A DNA stretch of 64,000 nt from Clostridia bacterium 41_269. Lineage in GTDB: Bacteria > Bacillota > DTU086. Positions 9,387-19,255 of the stretch are shown piece after piece. Position 1 is the stretch's first letter. Every line of letters begins with the position of its first letter. A program made the translations under genes and the position numbers. The stretch lies in the NCBI GenBank assembly GCA_001508005.1, contig LGEZ01000001.1, positions 52,392-116,391 on the forward strand, given 5' to 3'. The notes beneath the pieces were generated by a model, which worked only from the letters and a program-made list of their open reading frames with translations, was not told the DNA's origin and searched no databases.

Positions 9387-12300
9387 TACAGCTATTCCAG
9401 AACCTTGGGACTATAATCAGTGGGAAGCAATTACTCAAAAAGGTACAAATATTTTAGTTTCTGCAGGTGCTGGGGCAGGAAAAACTGCAGTGCTGGTTGA
9501 GCGCATCATCAGGAGGATTGTTGATCCCGAAGATCCCCTGCGGGTTGATAATTTACTAGTGGTTACCTTTACCGAGGCTGCTGCAGCGGAAATGCGGGAG
9601 CGTATAGCTGGGGCATTAAAGGAAAGATTGCGAGATGATCCAGGAAATCATTACCTTTACAGGCAGTTTTTAACCCTGGAGAGTGCTGATATTTCAACTA
9701 TCCACTCCTTCTGCGCTAAAGTTGTAAGAAAATACTTTTATCTTTTGGGTATTGATCCTCAGTTTGATGTTTTGGATGAAATTCAGACACAGATGCTGAA
9801 AGAGGAAGTGGTGGATAGCCTTTTTGAACGCTGGTATGGGGATGATATAAAAGGAAAAAAGCTCGCTTCTTTAAGGGAGCATTATGGGGGAAGGGATGAT
9901 TCCAATTTAAAAGAAGCAGTTCTGCGCATATATGATCTTTCCAGGAGTCAGCCTTTTCCTGAAAAGTGGCTTAACGGTATAAAGAAGTTTTATGAGTCTC
10001 CGGATCCGGAGTTTTTCACCCAGGAGGAAATAGCGGAAATTGTACTTCAGCAGGTGATCATTGAACTGGCCCATGGGCTTGAGCTTATTATCAGAGCAGT
10101 TAAAACAGCATCTTTGCCAAGCGGTCCTGCTGGATACCTGGATACCCTAAATGATGATATGGAAAGGCTGAAAAGACTTTTAACTCTGGCTCAAGAAGGT
10201 GATTTTGACGGCCTTTTTGAAGGCTTTTTGTCCATTGATTTTCCCCAGTTGAAGCCCCAAAAAAGAGGCGAGGCAGACGAAAAGCTTAAGAAAAGAGTAC
10301 AGGAGCTGAGGCAGGAAGCTAAGAATATTGTTTTTTCTATTAGAGATAGATATTTTTCTCGTACTCCAGAGGAATATGCTGATGAAATGAAAGAACTGGG
10401 TTGCTTTGCAGAAACCCTGGTGGAATTGGTAATGGAATTCGGCAGGGATTTTGACAGCGCAAAAAGGGAAATGGGCTGCCTTGATTTCAGCGATTTGGAA
10501 CATTACTGTCTTAAAGTGCTCATAAAAGACGAAGAGGGGGAAAACCCAACTCCTTCTGAGGCTGCCGAGGAGATTAGAAACCACTATGAAGAAGTTTTGG
10601 TTGATGAATATCAGGATACCAATTCCATTCAGGACTTTCTCTTGAGTTTGGTATCAAAGCCCAAGAACAACAACCTTTTTATGGTGGGAGATGTAAAACA
10701 GAGCATATATCGTTTTAGGCTGGCTGAACCGGAGCTTTTTCTGGAGAAGTACAGCAGGTATTCAGATGGTCAGGAAGAAGGAAGAAAAATTGACCTTAAC
10801 TTCAACTACCGTAGCCGAAAGGAGATCATAGACTGTGTAAATTTCATATTTAAACAGATTATGACCCCTGCAGTGGGCGAAATTAAATATGACAGCAGTG
10901 CAGAGCTTAAATGCGGAATGGAATACCCGGCTTTTGAACTAGTGGAATCCGAAAACTCCATAGAAAAAAGGAAAACAGGGGAAAAGAAAAAGGCCAGAGT
11001 TTTAAATGAACCCGTGGAGCTCCATATTATTGAGCGCAGAAGAGATGGCGATTTTTCCGATGATGAGGAGATGCAGTTATGGAAAAATATAGAAAAAGAA
11101 GCTCTGGTGATAGGTAGAAGAATTAAGGATCTAGTGGAAGGGGAAGCCTATTTTGTCTACGATAGAGGTAAAAAGGAATACCGAAGGCTTTCCTACAAAG
11201 ATATTGCTGTTTTAATTAGGGCTGCAAAGGGTAAAGTACCCTATATGGTGGACATTTTGAGGCGCATGGGAATACCGGTGTATGCAGATCTGGACACAGG
11301 ATTTTTTGAGGCTCCAGAGGTTAAAGTTATTCTTTCTTTGCTGGAGATAATTGATAATCCCAGGCAGGATATTCCCCTTGCAGCAGTGCTTCGTTCTCCA
11401 ATAGTTGGTTTAAAAGCAGAAGATATGGCTGAAATTAGGCTTTTTAAAACCCAGGGAGATTATATAGATGCTGTTAGAAAAGCTGCTCTGCATGGGGAAA
11501 AGGAACTTTCCAGCCGTTTGAGGGATTTTTTAAATCATCTTGAAGAATGGAGAACCCTTGCCCGCAGGGGGTGCCTCTATGATCTAATACTGGACATATA
11601 CAGAACTACGGGATATTACGAATATGTGGGGGGCCTCCCTTTTGGCTCTCAGCGCCAGGCTAACTTGAGCTTTTTATTGGATCAGGCTCGCAGCTTTGAA
11701 AACCGTTTTGGACAGGGGCTTACGGGTTTTCTGAAGCACATAAGACAGATAATGTTGGGAACCGTAGACCTGGGCAGAGCTCGAGAACTGGGATCAGAAG
11801 AGGATGCTGTGCAGGTGATGAGCATCCATAAAAGCAAGGGACTTGAATTTCCTGTGGTATTTATTGCTGATTTAGGGAGCCGTTTAAATCAGGGAAATAG
11901 GATACTTAACGATATTATATTCCACAGAAAATATGGGCTGGGTTTGATGATTGTTGATCCTAAAAGGGACTATAAATATCCTTCTCTTATTTACAGCTGT
12001 ATTGATTTCATTAGTAAAAGGGAAGAACTGGCTGAGGAGCTTAGAATTTTGTATGTAGCTATGACCCGGGCCAGAGAAAAACTTATTTTGGTAGGTTCAG
12101 CCTGGGATTTAGAGGCAAAAAGTCGGCTGTGGTGTGATCAGATCTTCTGCGAAGATTGGGAGCTTCCTGATTATTTTCTAGCTGGTGCAGGAAGCAGGCT
12201 GGACTGGATTTGTGCAGCCCTTGCCAGACACAAACTAGGTGAACCCTTAAGAAGGTGTGCTGGCATAGAGGACTTTACATCATTTGCCCCGGTATATAAT

Positions 12301-13170
12301 GACTCTTCTAAGTGGCAGATTACTTTATGGGATGCTGAAGAAGGCGAGGAACTGCCGGATCTAGGAGAAGAAACTGACGGGAGTTTCCTGAAAGACTTTG
12401 AAAATTTGGTTCAAAGAGTTAGTGAAACGGACATAAATGAAAATTTGTATGAAGAAATAAATAAGATAATGGACTGGAAATATCCCTACAAAAAGCTTTC
12501 AGAGAAAGCCGCAAAAGCTGCAATAAGGGATCTTAAGCATCGCTTTAATGTTTGGGAAGAGTTGGATGTTGAGGAGGTAAACCTTTCCCCATTAGTGGAA
12601 AGACCTGCTTTTTTGGGTGAAAGAAAGGAGGCTTCGGCAGCGGAAAGGGGAATCGCTGTCCATGCAGTTTTTCAACATCTTGACCTTACGAAAAAGCTAG
12701 ACAGCAGCGGCATAGCCTTACAGATAAAGGAAATGGTGGAGGAGGAAATTCTTTCTCCAAAAGAGGCAGCTCTTGTGAACCCAGATGAAATTGCCGCGTT
12801 TTTCCGCACCCCTTTGGGGAAAAGACTCCTTACAAAGGCTCCCTTTGGAGTTTTTCGAGAGGTTCCTTTTACTTTAGGACTGCCTGCTGAAGAAGTATAT
12901 TCCGATCTTTCTAAAAAGGAATCCCAAGGGGAAAAAGTGGTGGTTCAAGGGGTTATTGACTGTGTAATTGAAGAAGAGGACGGCTTTATACTTATTGATT
13001 TTAAAAGCGATGATGTTGCAGATCCTGAAAAGCTGAAAAAAAAGATAGATGAATATAGTGTGCAGCTTGCTTTTTATGCTGAAGCTCTGAGAAGTATATG
13101 GAATAAACCGGTTAAAGAGGCTTATCTGTACTTTTTATCGGTGGAAAAAGCAGTAGAGATAAAAGTTTAA
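9349..13170 (+). CDS. addA: ATP-dependent helicase/nuclease subunit A (AddA; UvrD-like helicase plus RecB nuclease domain)
   Basis: Walker A (GAGAGKT), UvrD/PcrA helicase motifs, 1273 aa, and a C-terminal PD-(D/E)xK nuclease region (GVIDCVIEE...DFKSD). Its start overlaps the addB end. Confidence 0.85.
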   Translation: MKKWVREMGEVGNTAIPEPWDYNQWEAITQKGTNILVSAGAGAGKTAVLVERIIRRIVDPEDPLRVDNLLVVTFTEAAAAEMRERIAGALKERLRDDPGNHYLYRQFLTLESADISTIHSFCAKVVRKYFYLLGIDPQFDVLDEIQTQMLKEEVVDSLFERWYGDDIKGKKLASLREHYGGRDDSNLKEAVLRIYDLSRSQPFPEKWLNGIKKFYESPDPEFFTQEEIAEIVLQQVIIELAHGLELIIRAVKTASLPSGPAGYLDTLNDDMERLKRLLTLAQEGDFDGLFEGFLSIDFPQLKPQKRGEADEKLKKRVQELRQEAKNIVFSIRDRYFSRTPEEYADEMKELGCFAETLVELVMEFGRDFDSAKREMGCLDFSDLEHYCLKVLIKDEEGENPTPSEAAEEIRNHYEEVLVDEYQDTNSIQDFLLSLVSKPKNNNLFMVGDVKQSIYRFRLAEPELFLEKYSRYSDGQEEGRKIDLNFNYRSRKEIIDCVNFIFKQIMTPAVGEIKYDSSAELKCGMEYPAFELVESENSIEKRKTGEKKKARVLNEPVELHIIERRRDGDFSDDEEMQLWKNIEKEALVIGRRIKDLVEGEAYFVYDRGKKEYRRLSYKDIAVLIRAAKGKVPYMVDILRRMGIPVYADLDTGFFEAPEVKVILSLLEIIDNPRQDIPLAAVLRSPIVGLKAEDMAEIRLFKTQGDYIDAVRKAALHGEKELSSRLRDFLNHLEEWRTLARRGCLYDLILDIYRTTGYYEYVGGLPFGSQRQANLSFLLDQARSFENRFGQGLTGFLKHIRQIMLGTVDLGRARELGSEEDAVQVMSIHKSKGLEFPVVFIADLGSRLNQGNRILNDIIFHRKYGLGLMIVDPKRDYKYPSLIYSCIDFISKREELAEELRILYVAMTRAREKLILVGSAWDLEAKSRLWCDQIFCEDWELPDYFLAGAGSRLDWICAALARHKLGEPLRRCAGIEDFTSFAPVYNDSSKWQITLWDAEEGEELPDLGEETDGSFLKDFENLVQRVSETDINENLYEEINKIMDWKYPYKKLSEKAAKAAIRDLKHRFNVWEELDVEEVNLSPLVERPAFLGERKEASAAERGIAVHAVFQHLDLTKKLDSSGIALQIKEMVEEEILSPKEAALVNPDEIAAFFRTPLGKRLLTKAPFGVFREVPFTLGLPAEEVYSDLSKKESQGEKVVVQGVIDCVIEEEDGFILIDFKSDDVADPEKLKKKIDEYSVQLAFYAEALRSIWNKPVKEAYLYFLSVEKAVEIKV

Positions 13171-13326
13171 GTTATTAGAAATTTACATAATATTACAATT
13201 ATTTTTTTAAAAAAAATTTATTTCAAATACAAACTTCGACATGTTTTTTATTTCAATAAAGTTATTATTATATACACACAGTAAATTTTCAGAATTTGTT
13301 AGATATTGGAGAGGGGGCTGGGGGAA

Positions 13327-14531
13327 ATGTTAGAAAATACAACAATTATTTTAATAATTGGCGCAGCTTGGGTATTTTTTTTACTAAATATCATCATTTT
13401 TCACTTTTTTGGGAAGAGACGGAGTTTATTATCATTAGTTAATGGACAAAATTCTGAAAACTGGATTTTGATGAAAATACTTCGTGCTGTTTTAAAGAGT
13501 GAAAACCTAAGCTGTATAGCTGTTGATGCTGAGGGAAAGATATCTTTAGTAAATCCTGCAGCAAAAAAAATATTTAATAATGCTTTAAAGGGAAGGCATT
13601 ATGAAGAAGTATTTCCAGAAACTACAGGTTTAAATGATTTAATTGGAAGGGTTCTTATTGGTGGAGAAAGTTTTTACGAGGAAATTAAGATAAATTTAGA
13701 AGAAAAAGATTATTTTCTGCATATAATCTTTGAAGCCGTAAAGGACAGGCATGGAAAAACTTCAGGGGCTGTATTGTTTTTCAAAGATATAACAGAAGAA
13801 AAGGCAAGGGAATTGGCAGATAGAGAGGAAGAGAAGCTTACTGCAGTGAAACAGCTTGCAGCTGGGGTAGCCCATGAAATGAGGCAGCCCTTAACCGTGA
13901 TTAAAGGTTTTGCTCAGCTTTTACAGAAGGAAGTTGGTGACAGCGTTAAGTTAAACAGCTTCTGCCGGGTGATTGTTAATGAAATGGACAGGATGAACGA
14001 AATCATTGCGGATTTTATTGAATTGGCAACCCCCCCTGTTTGTCTACATCGAAAATTTCATTGAACAAAATTGTCCAGGATTGTGCTTTGATCATAAAAG
14101 ATAGGTGTCAGGAAAAAGATATCAAAGTTAAGCTTAAACTGGCAAAATTTCTTCCGGAAATTGAGGCTGATGAAGCAAAGATAAAGCAGGCAATGATGAG
14201 TATTATTGATAATGCGCTGGATGCGATGGAAGGAAAAAGAGGAGGTATTTTAACCTTTGCCACTGGGCGGGAAAAGAATGGAGTTTTTCTATCCATTACC
14301 GATACAGGAACAGGAATTCCAGAAAAACGCATTTCTAAGGTACTGGAACCCTTTTATTCTACCAAAAATAACGGGTCAGGTCTTGGGCTGAGTGTTGCCA
14401 AAAGTATAATGGAACAGCACAGTGGAGAATTGGAAATAAAATCTCAGGTGGGGAAGGGCACCACAGTAAAGCTTAAATTTCCCCGTTTTTTCTGCTGGGC
14501 TCAAAATTATTTGTTAGTTGAAGACCTTTAA
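13327..14531 (+). CDS. Orphan sensor histidine kinase (TM, PAS, HisKA, HATPase_c). It is interrupted by a frameshift in a C7 homopolymer at 14030-14036, so the ORF track shows two pieces (13306..14064 and 14040..14531).
   Basis: The H-box VAHEMRQPLTVIKGFAQLL sits upstream of the C-run. The N/G1/G2 boxes (IIDNALDAM, DTGTGIP, GSGLGLSV) sit downstream in the adjacent frame. Inserting one C restores a continuous kinase through ...ELATPPCLSTSKISLNKIVQD... Confidence 0.75.
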
Positions 14532-14659
14532 TCAAGAGGGATCATTACTTAGCTTACTTAACTACAGATGTTGCCGGGAAGAATTGTATTGTTGGAATCA
14601 AGTCTTTGTGATAAATTAGATCATAGACAGAGAAAAAAAGAATCAAGGGGGTAGGGAAA

Positions 14660-14920
14660 GTGAGTGAAAAAGTTCCTGACAAGATTGTTGAGGAACTAAG
14701 GAAAGCTGCCCGTTCAGGGGATTTAAAAGCCTTTGGTAAGGCAATAAACAGAAACAAGCGTGATCTTCCAGAGGATATACTTGAAGCAGCGGAAGATCAT
14801 AGGGTTTTAAAGGAAACCATGAGGCTTATTAATAAAAACATGGCTGAAATATACAGTGAAGGTGTTAGGCTTAACATGAAGTGCTGTGGTGAAGAAGAGG
14901 AAGAAAGGACCAAACATTAA
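14660..14920 (+). CDS. Hypothetical small acidic protein, 86 aa
   Basis: The ORF has a GTG start behind an AAGGGGGTAGGG RBS and is followed by a terminator. No motif recognised. Confidence 0.4.
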   Translation: MSEKVPDKIVEELRKAARSGDLKAFGKAINRNKRDLPEDILEAAEDHRVLKETMRLINKNMAEIYSEGVRLNMKCCGEEEEERTKH

Positions 14921-14924
14921 AAGA

Positions 14925-14958
14925 GAAGCCCGGTTTTATATTGAACCGGGCTTTATTA
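14925..14958 (+). terminator. Rho-independent terminator
   Basis: GAAGCCCGGTT-ttatattg-AACCGGGCTTT hairpin. Confidence 0.6.
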
Positions 14959-15016
14959 TGGAAAAAGGCAGTAATTTCCTGATATAAAATATTCAAAAAT
15001 TCCACAAACTGAGTTT

Positions 15017-15421
15017 GTGATTGCAAGAGCAGCAGTATATGGAATATTAGGCTTGACAGCGGAAATACTGTGGACGGGTTTGGGCTCCCTTATGGCGGGA
15101 GACCCCAGCCTTAGAAGCCACACATATCTGTGGATGTTTCCCATTTACAGCTTGGCCGTTTTTTTGGAGCCCATTCATGACCGCATAAGAAATCATTTTT
15201 GGTTTTTTAGGGGATTAACATATATGTCTTTGTTCTTTGCCGGGGAGTATATAACGGGACTGCTGTTAAAGCTTTTGATCGGCCTGTGCCCCTGGCATTA
15301 CAGCTCACCCCTTGCGGTTAACGGCTTAATACGTTTGGATTACGGCCCAGCGTGGTTTGCGGCAGGCTTAATTTTTGAGAAGGTGCATGATTTTCTTATT
15401 TTAAGGATTTTTTCTAAATAA
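15017..15421 (+). CDS. Small integral membrane protein with 4 predicted TM helices, possibly of the ABC-transporter type IV / DUF family
   Basis: Hydrophobic helices with conserved-looking W/P residues. No catalytic motif. Confidence 0.4.
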   Translation: MIARAAVYGILGLTAEILWTGLGSLMAGDPSLRSHTYLWMFPIYSLAVFLEPIHDRIRNHFWFFRGLTYMSLFFAGEYITGLLLKLLIGLCPWHYSSPLAVNGLIRLDYGPAWFAAGLIFEKVHDFLILRIFSK

Positions 15422-15637
15422 AATTTTAAAAAATTGGAATAAAGCACGCCCAATATAACCAGAATATTCTTGGGGGTAGTTAGGCGGGAAAAACTCATCT
15501 TGCGAACCATATGGCCGCCCTGCAGCTGCCCCCTTTTGTTTTTTTAAATAAAAATTTAATCTCTATTAAAAAAGCTCATTGCCTTAGAATGAGTGATATG
15601 GTAGATTAATAAGAAATATTCTGGGGGAGGGAGCGGT

Positions 15638-17286
15638 ATGGAACACGAACACAATATGACTGACTATACCCAATGTTATAAAAATTTCCGGCTTGATGTT
15701 CCGGAGTACTATAATTTTGCTGTGGATGTAGTAGATAAATGGGCAGAAAAAGGGAACAAGCCGGCTCTTTTTTGCGTTGATGATAATGGGAATGAAATTC
15801 GTTATACATTTGGAGACCTAAAAGAAAAGTCCGATAGAGTCGGGGCAATGCTGCAGAGAATTGGGGTAGAAAAAAGAGATGGGATATTTATTATGCTGCC
15901 CAGAATACCCCAGTGGTGGGAAATTATTCTGGGGATATTAAAAGTGGGAGCTGTGGCCATGCCTGGTACGGTGCAGCTGATGCCCAGAGACATTGCTTAT
16001 AGAATTAAGATAAGCGAAGCAAAGGTGGCAGTAACGGATCTGGAAAATGCTCCGAAAATAGATGAAATTAAAGATCAATGCCCTCAACTGAAGACACTGA
16101 TTCTTGTAGGGGGCAGAAGACCCGGCTGGATAAGTTATTCAGACGAAATTAAAAAATACGAAAGCTTTACTCCTGTAAAGACAAAATCTTCAGACAATGC
16201 CATTCTATACTTTACATCAGGAACCACCGGGTATCCAAAAATGGTTCTGCATACCCATGCCAGCTATCCCCTTGCTCACATGATTACAGGAAAATATTGA
16301 CTTGATCTAAAGCCTGAGGACCGCCACTGGAATGTATCTGACAATGGTTGGGCAAAGGCTGCATGGAGCAGTCTTTTCGGGCCATGGCATATGGGTTCCG
16401 AGGTATTTGTACATAATACCAAAGGTCGTTTTAACCCAAAACGCACCTTGGAGCTAGTAGAGAAGTACAAAATTACTACCCTGTGTGCTCCTCCCACAGC
16501 ATATAGGCTCTTTGTCTTTGAGAACCTGTCATCCTATGATTTTAGCTCCCTTAGGCACTGCGTCAGCGCAGGAGAACCTTTGAACCCTGAAGTTATATCC
16601 ATATGGGAAAAACATACGGGATTAAAAATTTATGACGGCTACGGGCAGACAGAAACCGTTGTTTTGGTGGCCAATTTTCCATGTATGGAAATTAAACCGG
16701 GATCCATGGGAAAACCTGTTCCGGGATTTAAGGTAGACATTATAGATGATGATGGTGTTCCCCTTCCCAGAGGAGAAGAGGGTAATATTGCCGTGGATGT
16801 TTCTGAAAGCAGGCCTGTGGGCATGTTTAAAGAGTACTGGAAAGATCCCGAGGGCACAGAGAAGTGCTTTAAAAACGGCTGGTATCTGACCGGAGACAGG
16901 GCATACAAGGATGAAGATGGATATTTCTGGTTTGTGGGTCGTGCTGACGATGTTATTATCAGTGCTGGATACAGGATAGGGCCCTTTGAGGTGGAAAGTG
17001 CTTTAGTGGAGCATCCTGCGGTTGTGGAGGCGGCAGTGGTAGGTTCGCCGGATCCGGTGAGGGGGAAATTGTGAAGGCTTTTATAATCCTTGCAGATGAA
17101 TATGAGCCCACTGAGGAATTAGCAAAAGAGATACAGGAGTTTGTGAAATCAAACACTGCTCCATATAAATATCCCCGGGAGATTGAATTTGTAAAAAGTC
17201 TTCCCAAAACCATAAGTGGAAAAATACAGCGGGCAAAATTAAGGGAGGAAGAAAGGAGAAGGAAGCTATACTCAGATAAAGATTAG
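15638..17286 (+). pseudogene. Medium-chain acyl-CoA synthetase (AMP-forming, ACSM/MACS-like). The reading frame is broken by an in-frame TGA at 16298-16300, at a conserved Trp position, and by a one-base deletion in a G-run at 17061-17065.
   Basis: The AMP-binding motif YFTSGTTGYPKMVLHTHASYP is followed by KY-TGA-LDLKPEDRHWNVSDNGWAKAAW, where homologs have YWLDL. The C-terminal piece, ...PDPVRG / EIVKAFIIL...[13 protein letters not shown], is restored by adding one G. Confidence 0.75.
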
Positions 17287-17293
17287 TATAATT

Positions 17294-17322
17294 AAGGCCC
17301 GGCTTTTATACCGGGCTTTTTG
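17294..17322. terminator. Bidirectional rho-independent terminator
   Basis: AAGGCCCGG-cttttata-CCGGGCTTTTT sits between convergent genes. Confidence 0.7.
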
Positions 17323-17325
17323 CTT

Positions 17326-17676
17326 CTACTGTTGTGACTGGTTTGGAACATCCAGCCCTGTAACATTTATATCCACTGCCAGCACCTTTAAACCTGTGAC
17401 CTTTTCAACCTCTTCAATTACCTTTTCCTGTATCCTGCTGCAGACCTCGGGAATATTAACACCGTACTTAACCACAACTTTAATTTCAATGACAACCCCT
17501 TCATCTGTCTGTTCAACCTTTATTCCCTTAGTCCACTGCTTCTTTCCGAACCTTTCTGCTATTCCATTGGTTATTCTTGTGGGAAAAGTAATTTCCTCAA
17601 TTTCCTGGGCGGCATTTAAAGCAATGGCTGCGATTACCTCATCTGAGATAATGTGGCTTCCCTTTATTTCACTCAA
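17326..17676 (-). CDS. Asp23/Gls24-family alkaline-shock (envelope stress) protein
   Basis: Typical Asp23 sequence (ISDEVIAAIALNAAQEIEE...GVVIEIKVVVKYGVNIPEVCSRIQEKV). 116 aa. Confidence 0.8.
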   Translation of the reverse strand: MSEIKGSHIISDEVIAAIALNAAQEIEEITFPTRITNGIAERFGKKQWTKGIKVEQTDEGVVIEIKVVVKYGVNIPEVCSRIQEKVIEEVEKVTGLKVLAVDINVTGLDVPNQSQQ

Positions 17677-17753
17677 CTAAAGAGCCCTCCTTAAAAGCAT
17701 TTTTTAACCCTACATTTATCTAATTTAATTTTAGCATATGATGGAATTTTTAT

Positions 17754-18644
17754 TTATCCTGCTTTTAACTGTTTTTTGAGTAAAAGCAGGGAAGCCTCTA
17801 ACTGTTCCAGATCAGTATATTTTGTATTGAGCTGGAGAAATTCGTCTGCATACTTTTCCAAACCCAGCTTCTTTAACATTTTTTTAAGCTTTGTCTTGGC
17901 TCCCTGATCGCTTGGTACAGACTGGAGGGCGGCAAGAAAGTGCAGTATTGCATGCCAATTTTGGTTTTTAAGCGTCAGAAGATCTGCGATCTTCTTATGG
18001 AGGCGGCACTGTCTCTGGTAAGTATTGGAAAACGGCTTTGCCATTTCATAATATTTCCAAGCTCTGTTGAGGTTTCCGCATCTTAGACAACTGTCTCCAG
18101 CCCGAATGAGGCTGTCGTAGTCGAGGCATCCATATTTTTCTGCAACGGGGATAATGAAGCTGTATGCTTCGGCAGCTTTTTTAAAATCTTTTAGTTTATA
18201 GTAAGAGAAAGCCCGGAATATGTAAGCCAATAATATCTGCTTGAACAGTTTAGGGGGGCATTTATCCTCAACGGTTTTAAGTATTTTATAGGCTTTTTCG
18301 TTGGAAGAGTTTTGAATAATCTCCTTTTCCAAAGCAGGAATGGCCGTTTCTTCAAGGACTTCTTTACAGGGATTATTACTTTCAGATACAATATTTAATC
18401 CTTTCTGAAGCACTTCAAAAGCTCTATTGAACTGACCTGTGTGAATAAGGCATTCACCGTAATATTTATATAATTTTAATAATTCATGGGATGAGCTACC
18501 CATTTCTTTTTCTGCTGAAGGAATAAGCTTCTCCAGCAGATCCAGGGCTTTATGGTATCTATTAAGCTGCATCAATTGGAAGATTTTTTCCTTTGAGGGG
18601 GCTTCATTTTTATTTCCTCCTTTTTTGCTCTTTGACAAAAACAT
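17754..18644 (-). CDS. Hypothetical TPR-repeat protein
   Basis: A 296-aa ORF with repeated helical hairpins. It has its own upstream region after a terminator. No other motif. Confidence 0.4.
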   Translation of the reverse strand: MFLSKSKKGGNKNEAPSKEKIFQLMQLNRYHKALDLLEKLIPSAEKEMGSSSHELLKLYKYYGECLIHTGQFNRAFEVLQKGLNIVSESNNPCKEVLEETAIPALEKEIIQNSSNEKAYKILKTVEDKCPPKLFKQILLAYIFRAFSYYKLKDFKKAAEAYSFIIPVAEKYGCLDYDSLIRAGDSCLRCGNLNRAWKYYEMAKPFSNTYQRQCRLHKKIADLLTLKNQNWHAILHFLAALQSVPSDQGAKTKLKKMLKKLGLEKYADEFLQLNTKYTDLEQLEASLLLLKKQLKAG

Positions 18645-18788
18645 TTTTTACCCTCCCATATTTTCAAAGGTGGATTTCTTTATTTCTTTTCAACCTCTCC
18701 ATTAAAATTTCCTTTAAAATTCCAAAACTAGACAAAAATACCAAAAAACCAGAAAAAAAATTAGCAGATAAACATTTTTCTGCTTTTT

Positions 18789-19253
18789 TCAGGAAGTTAT
18801 TTCTTTTAAAACGGCTTCGATTATTTGTGGTACAGCTTTTTTTACGGGTTCCGATAGCTTCATTTTAAATGGAGTTAGGTCTTTTGCTTCAACTCCGATA
18901 ATTATGATTTCTTCAGGTGTTCTGTCTGGAAAAAGTTTTTTTGCCATTTCTAATATTTGCTTAATTTCCAATCTGTGCAGGCTTATGCTTTTTTCACATT
19001 TTTCCAGTTCCCTGGGCTTTAGGCGATAAACCTTTCCTGGAGGTCCATGGCCCTTTACTGCGTCTACTATTATGACCTTTTTGGTATTTTGTATTAAATC
19101 AAGAAGGCTTAAGGGGTTATTCCCTGCTTCCACAGCCTCTACATTTCGGGGCAGTTTCAGCTTTTTTAGTTCTCCAATAATATAAGCCCCCACGCCGTCA
19201 TCGGAGGCGAGGGGGTTGCCGCAGCCGATAATTTTTATTTTTTCGGTTTTCAT
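18789..19253 (-). CDS. [NiFe] hydrogenase maturation endopeptidase (HyaD/HycI/FrhD family)
   Basis: The IGCGNPLASDDGVGAYI motif is present. The gene is 2 nt downstream of the large-subunit gene, whose C-terminus ends DPCFSCSAH + FLKINIRER (the cleaved extension). Confidence 0.8.
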   Translation of the reverse strand: MKTEKIKIIGCGNPLASDDGVGAYIIGELKKLKLPRNVEAVEAGNNPLSLLDLIQNTKKVIIVDAVKGHGPPGKVYRLKPRELEKCEKSISLHRLEIKQILEMAKKLFPDRTPEEIIIIGVEAKDLTPFKMKLSEPVKKAVPQIIEAVLKEITS

Positions 19254-19255
19254 AA

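Noticed and set aside
10180-10584. 134-aa minus-strand ORF inside addA, plus similar antisense ORFs inside the IPT giant gene (for example 51069..51662, 52935..53471) and cheA (41038..41349)
   Set aside because: These are shadow ORFs within strongly supported long genes. They have no motifs and no ribosome-binding sites.
16298-16300. TGA as a selenocysteine codon in the acyl-CoA synthetase
   Set aside because: The position corresponds to a conserved Trp in homologs. Acyl-CoA synthetases are not selenoproteins, and no SECIS-like hairpin follows.
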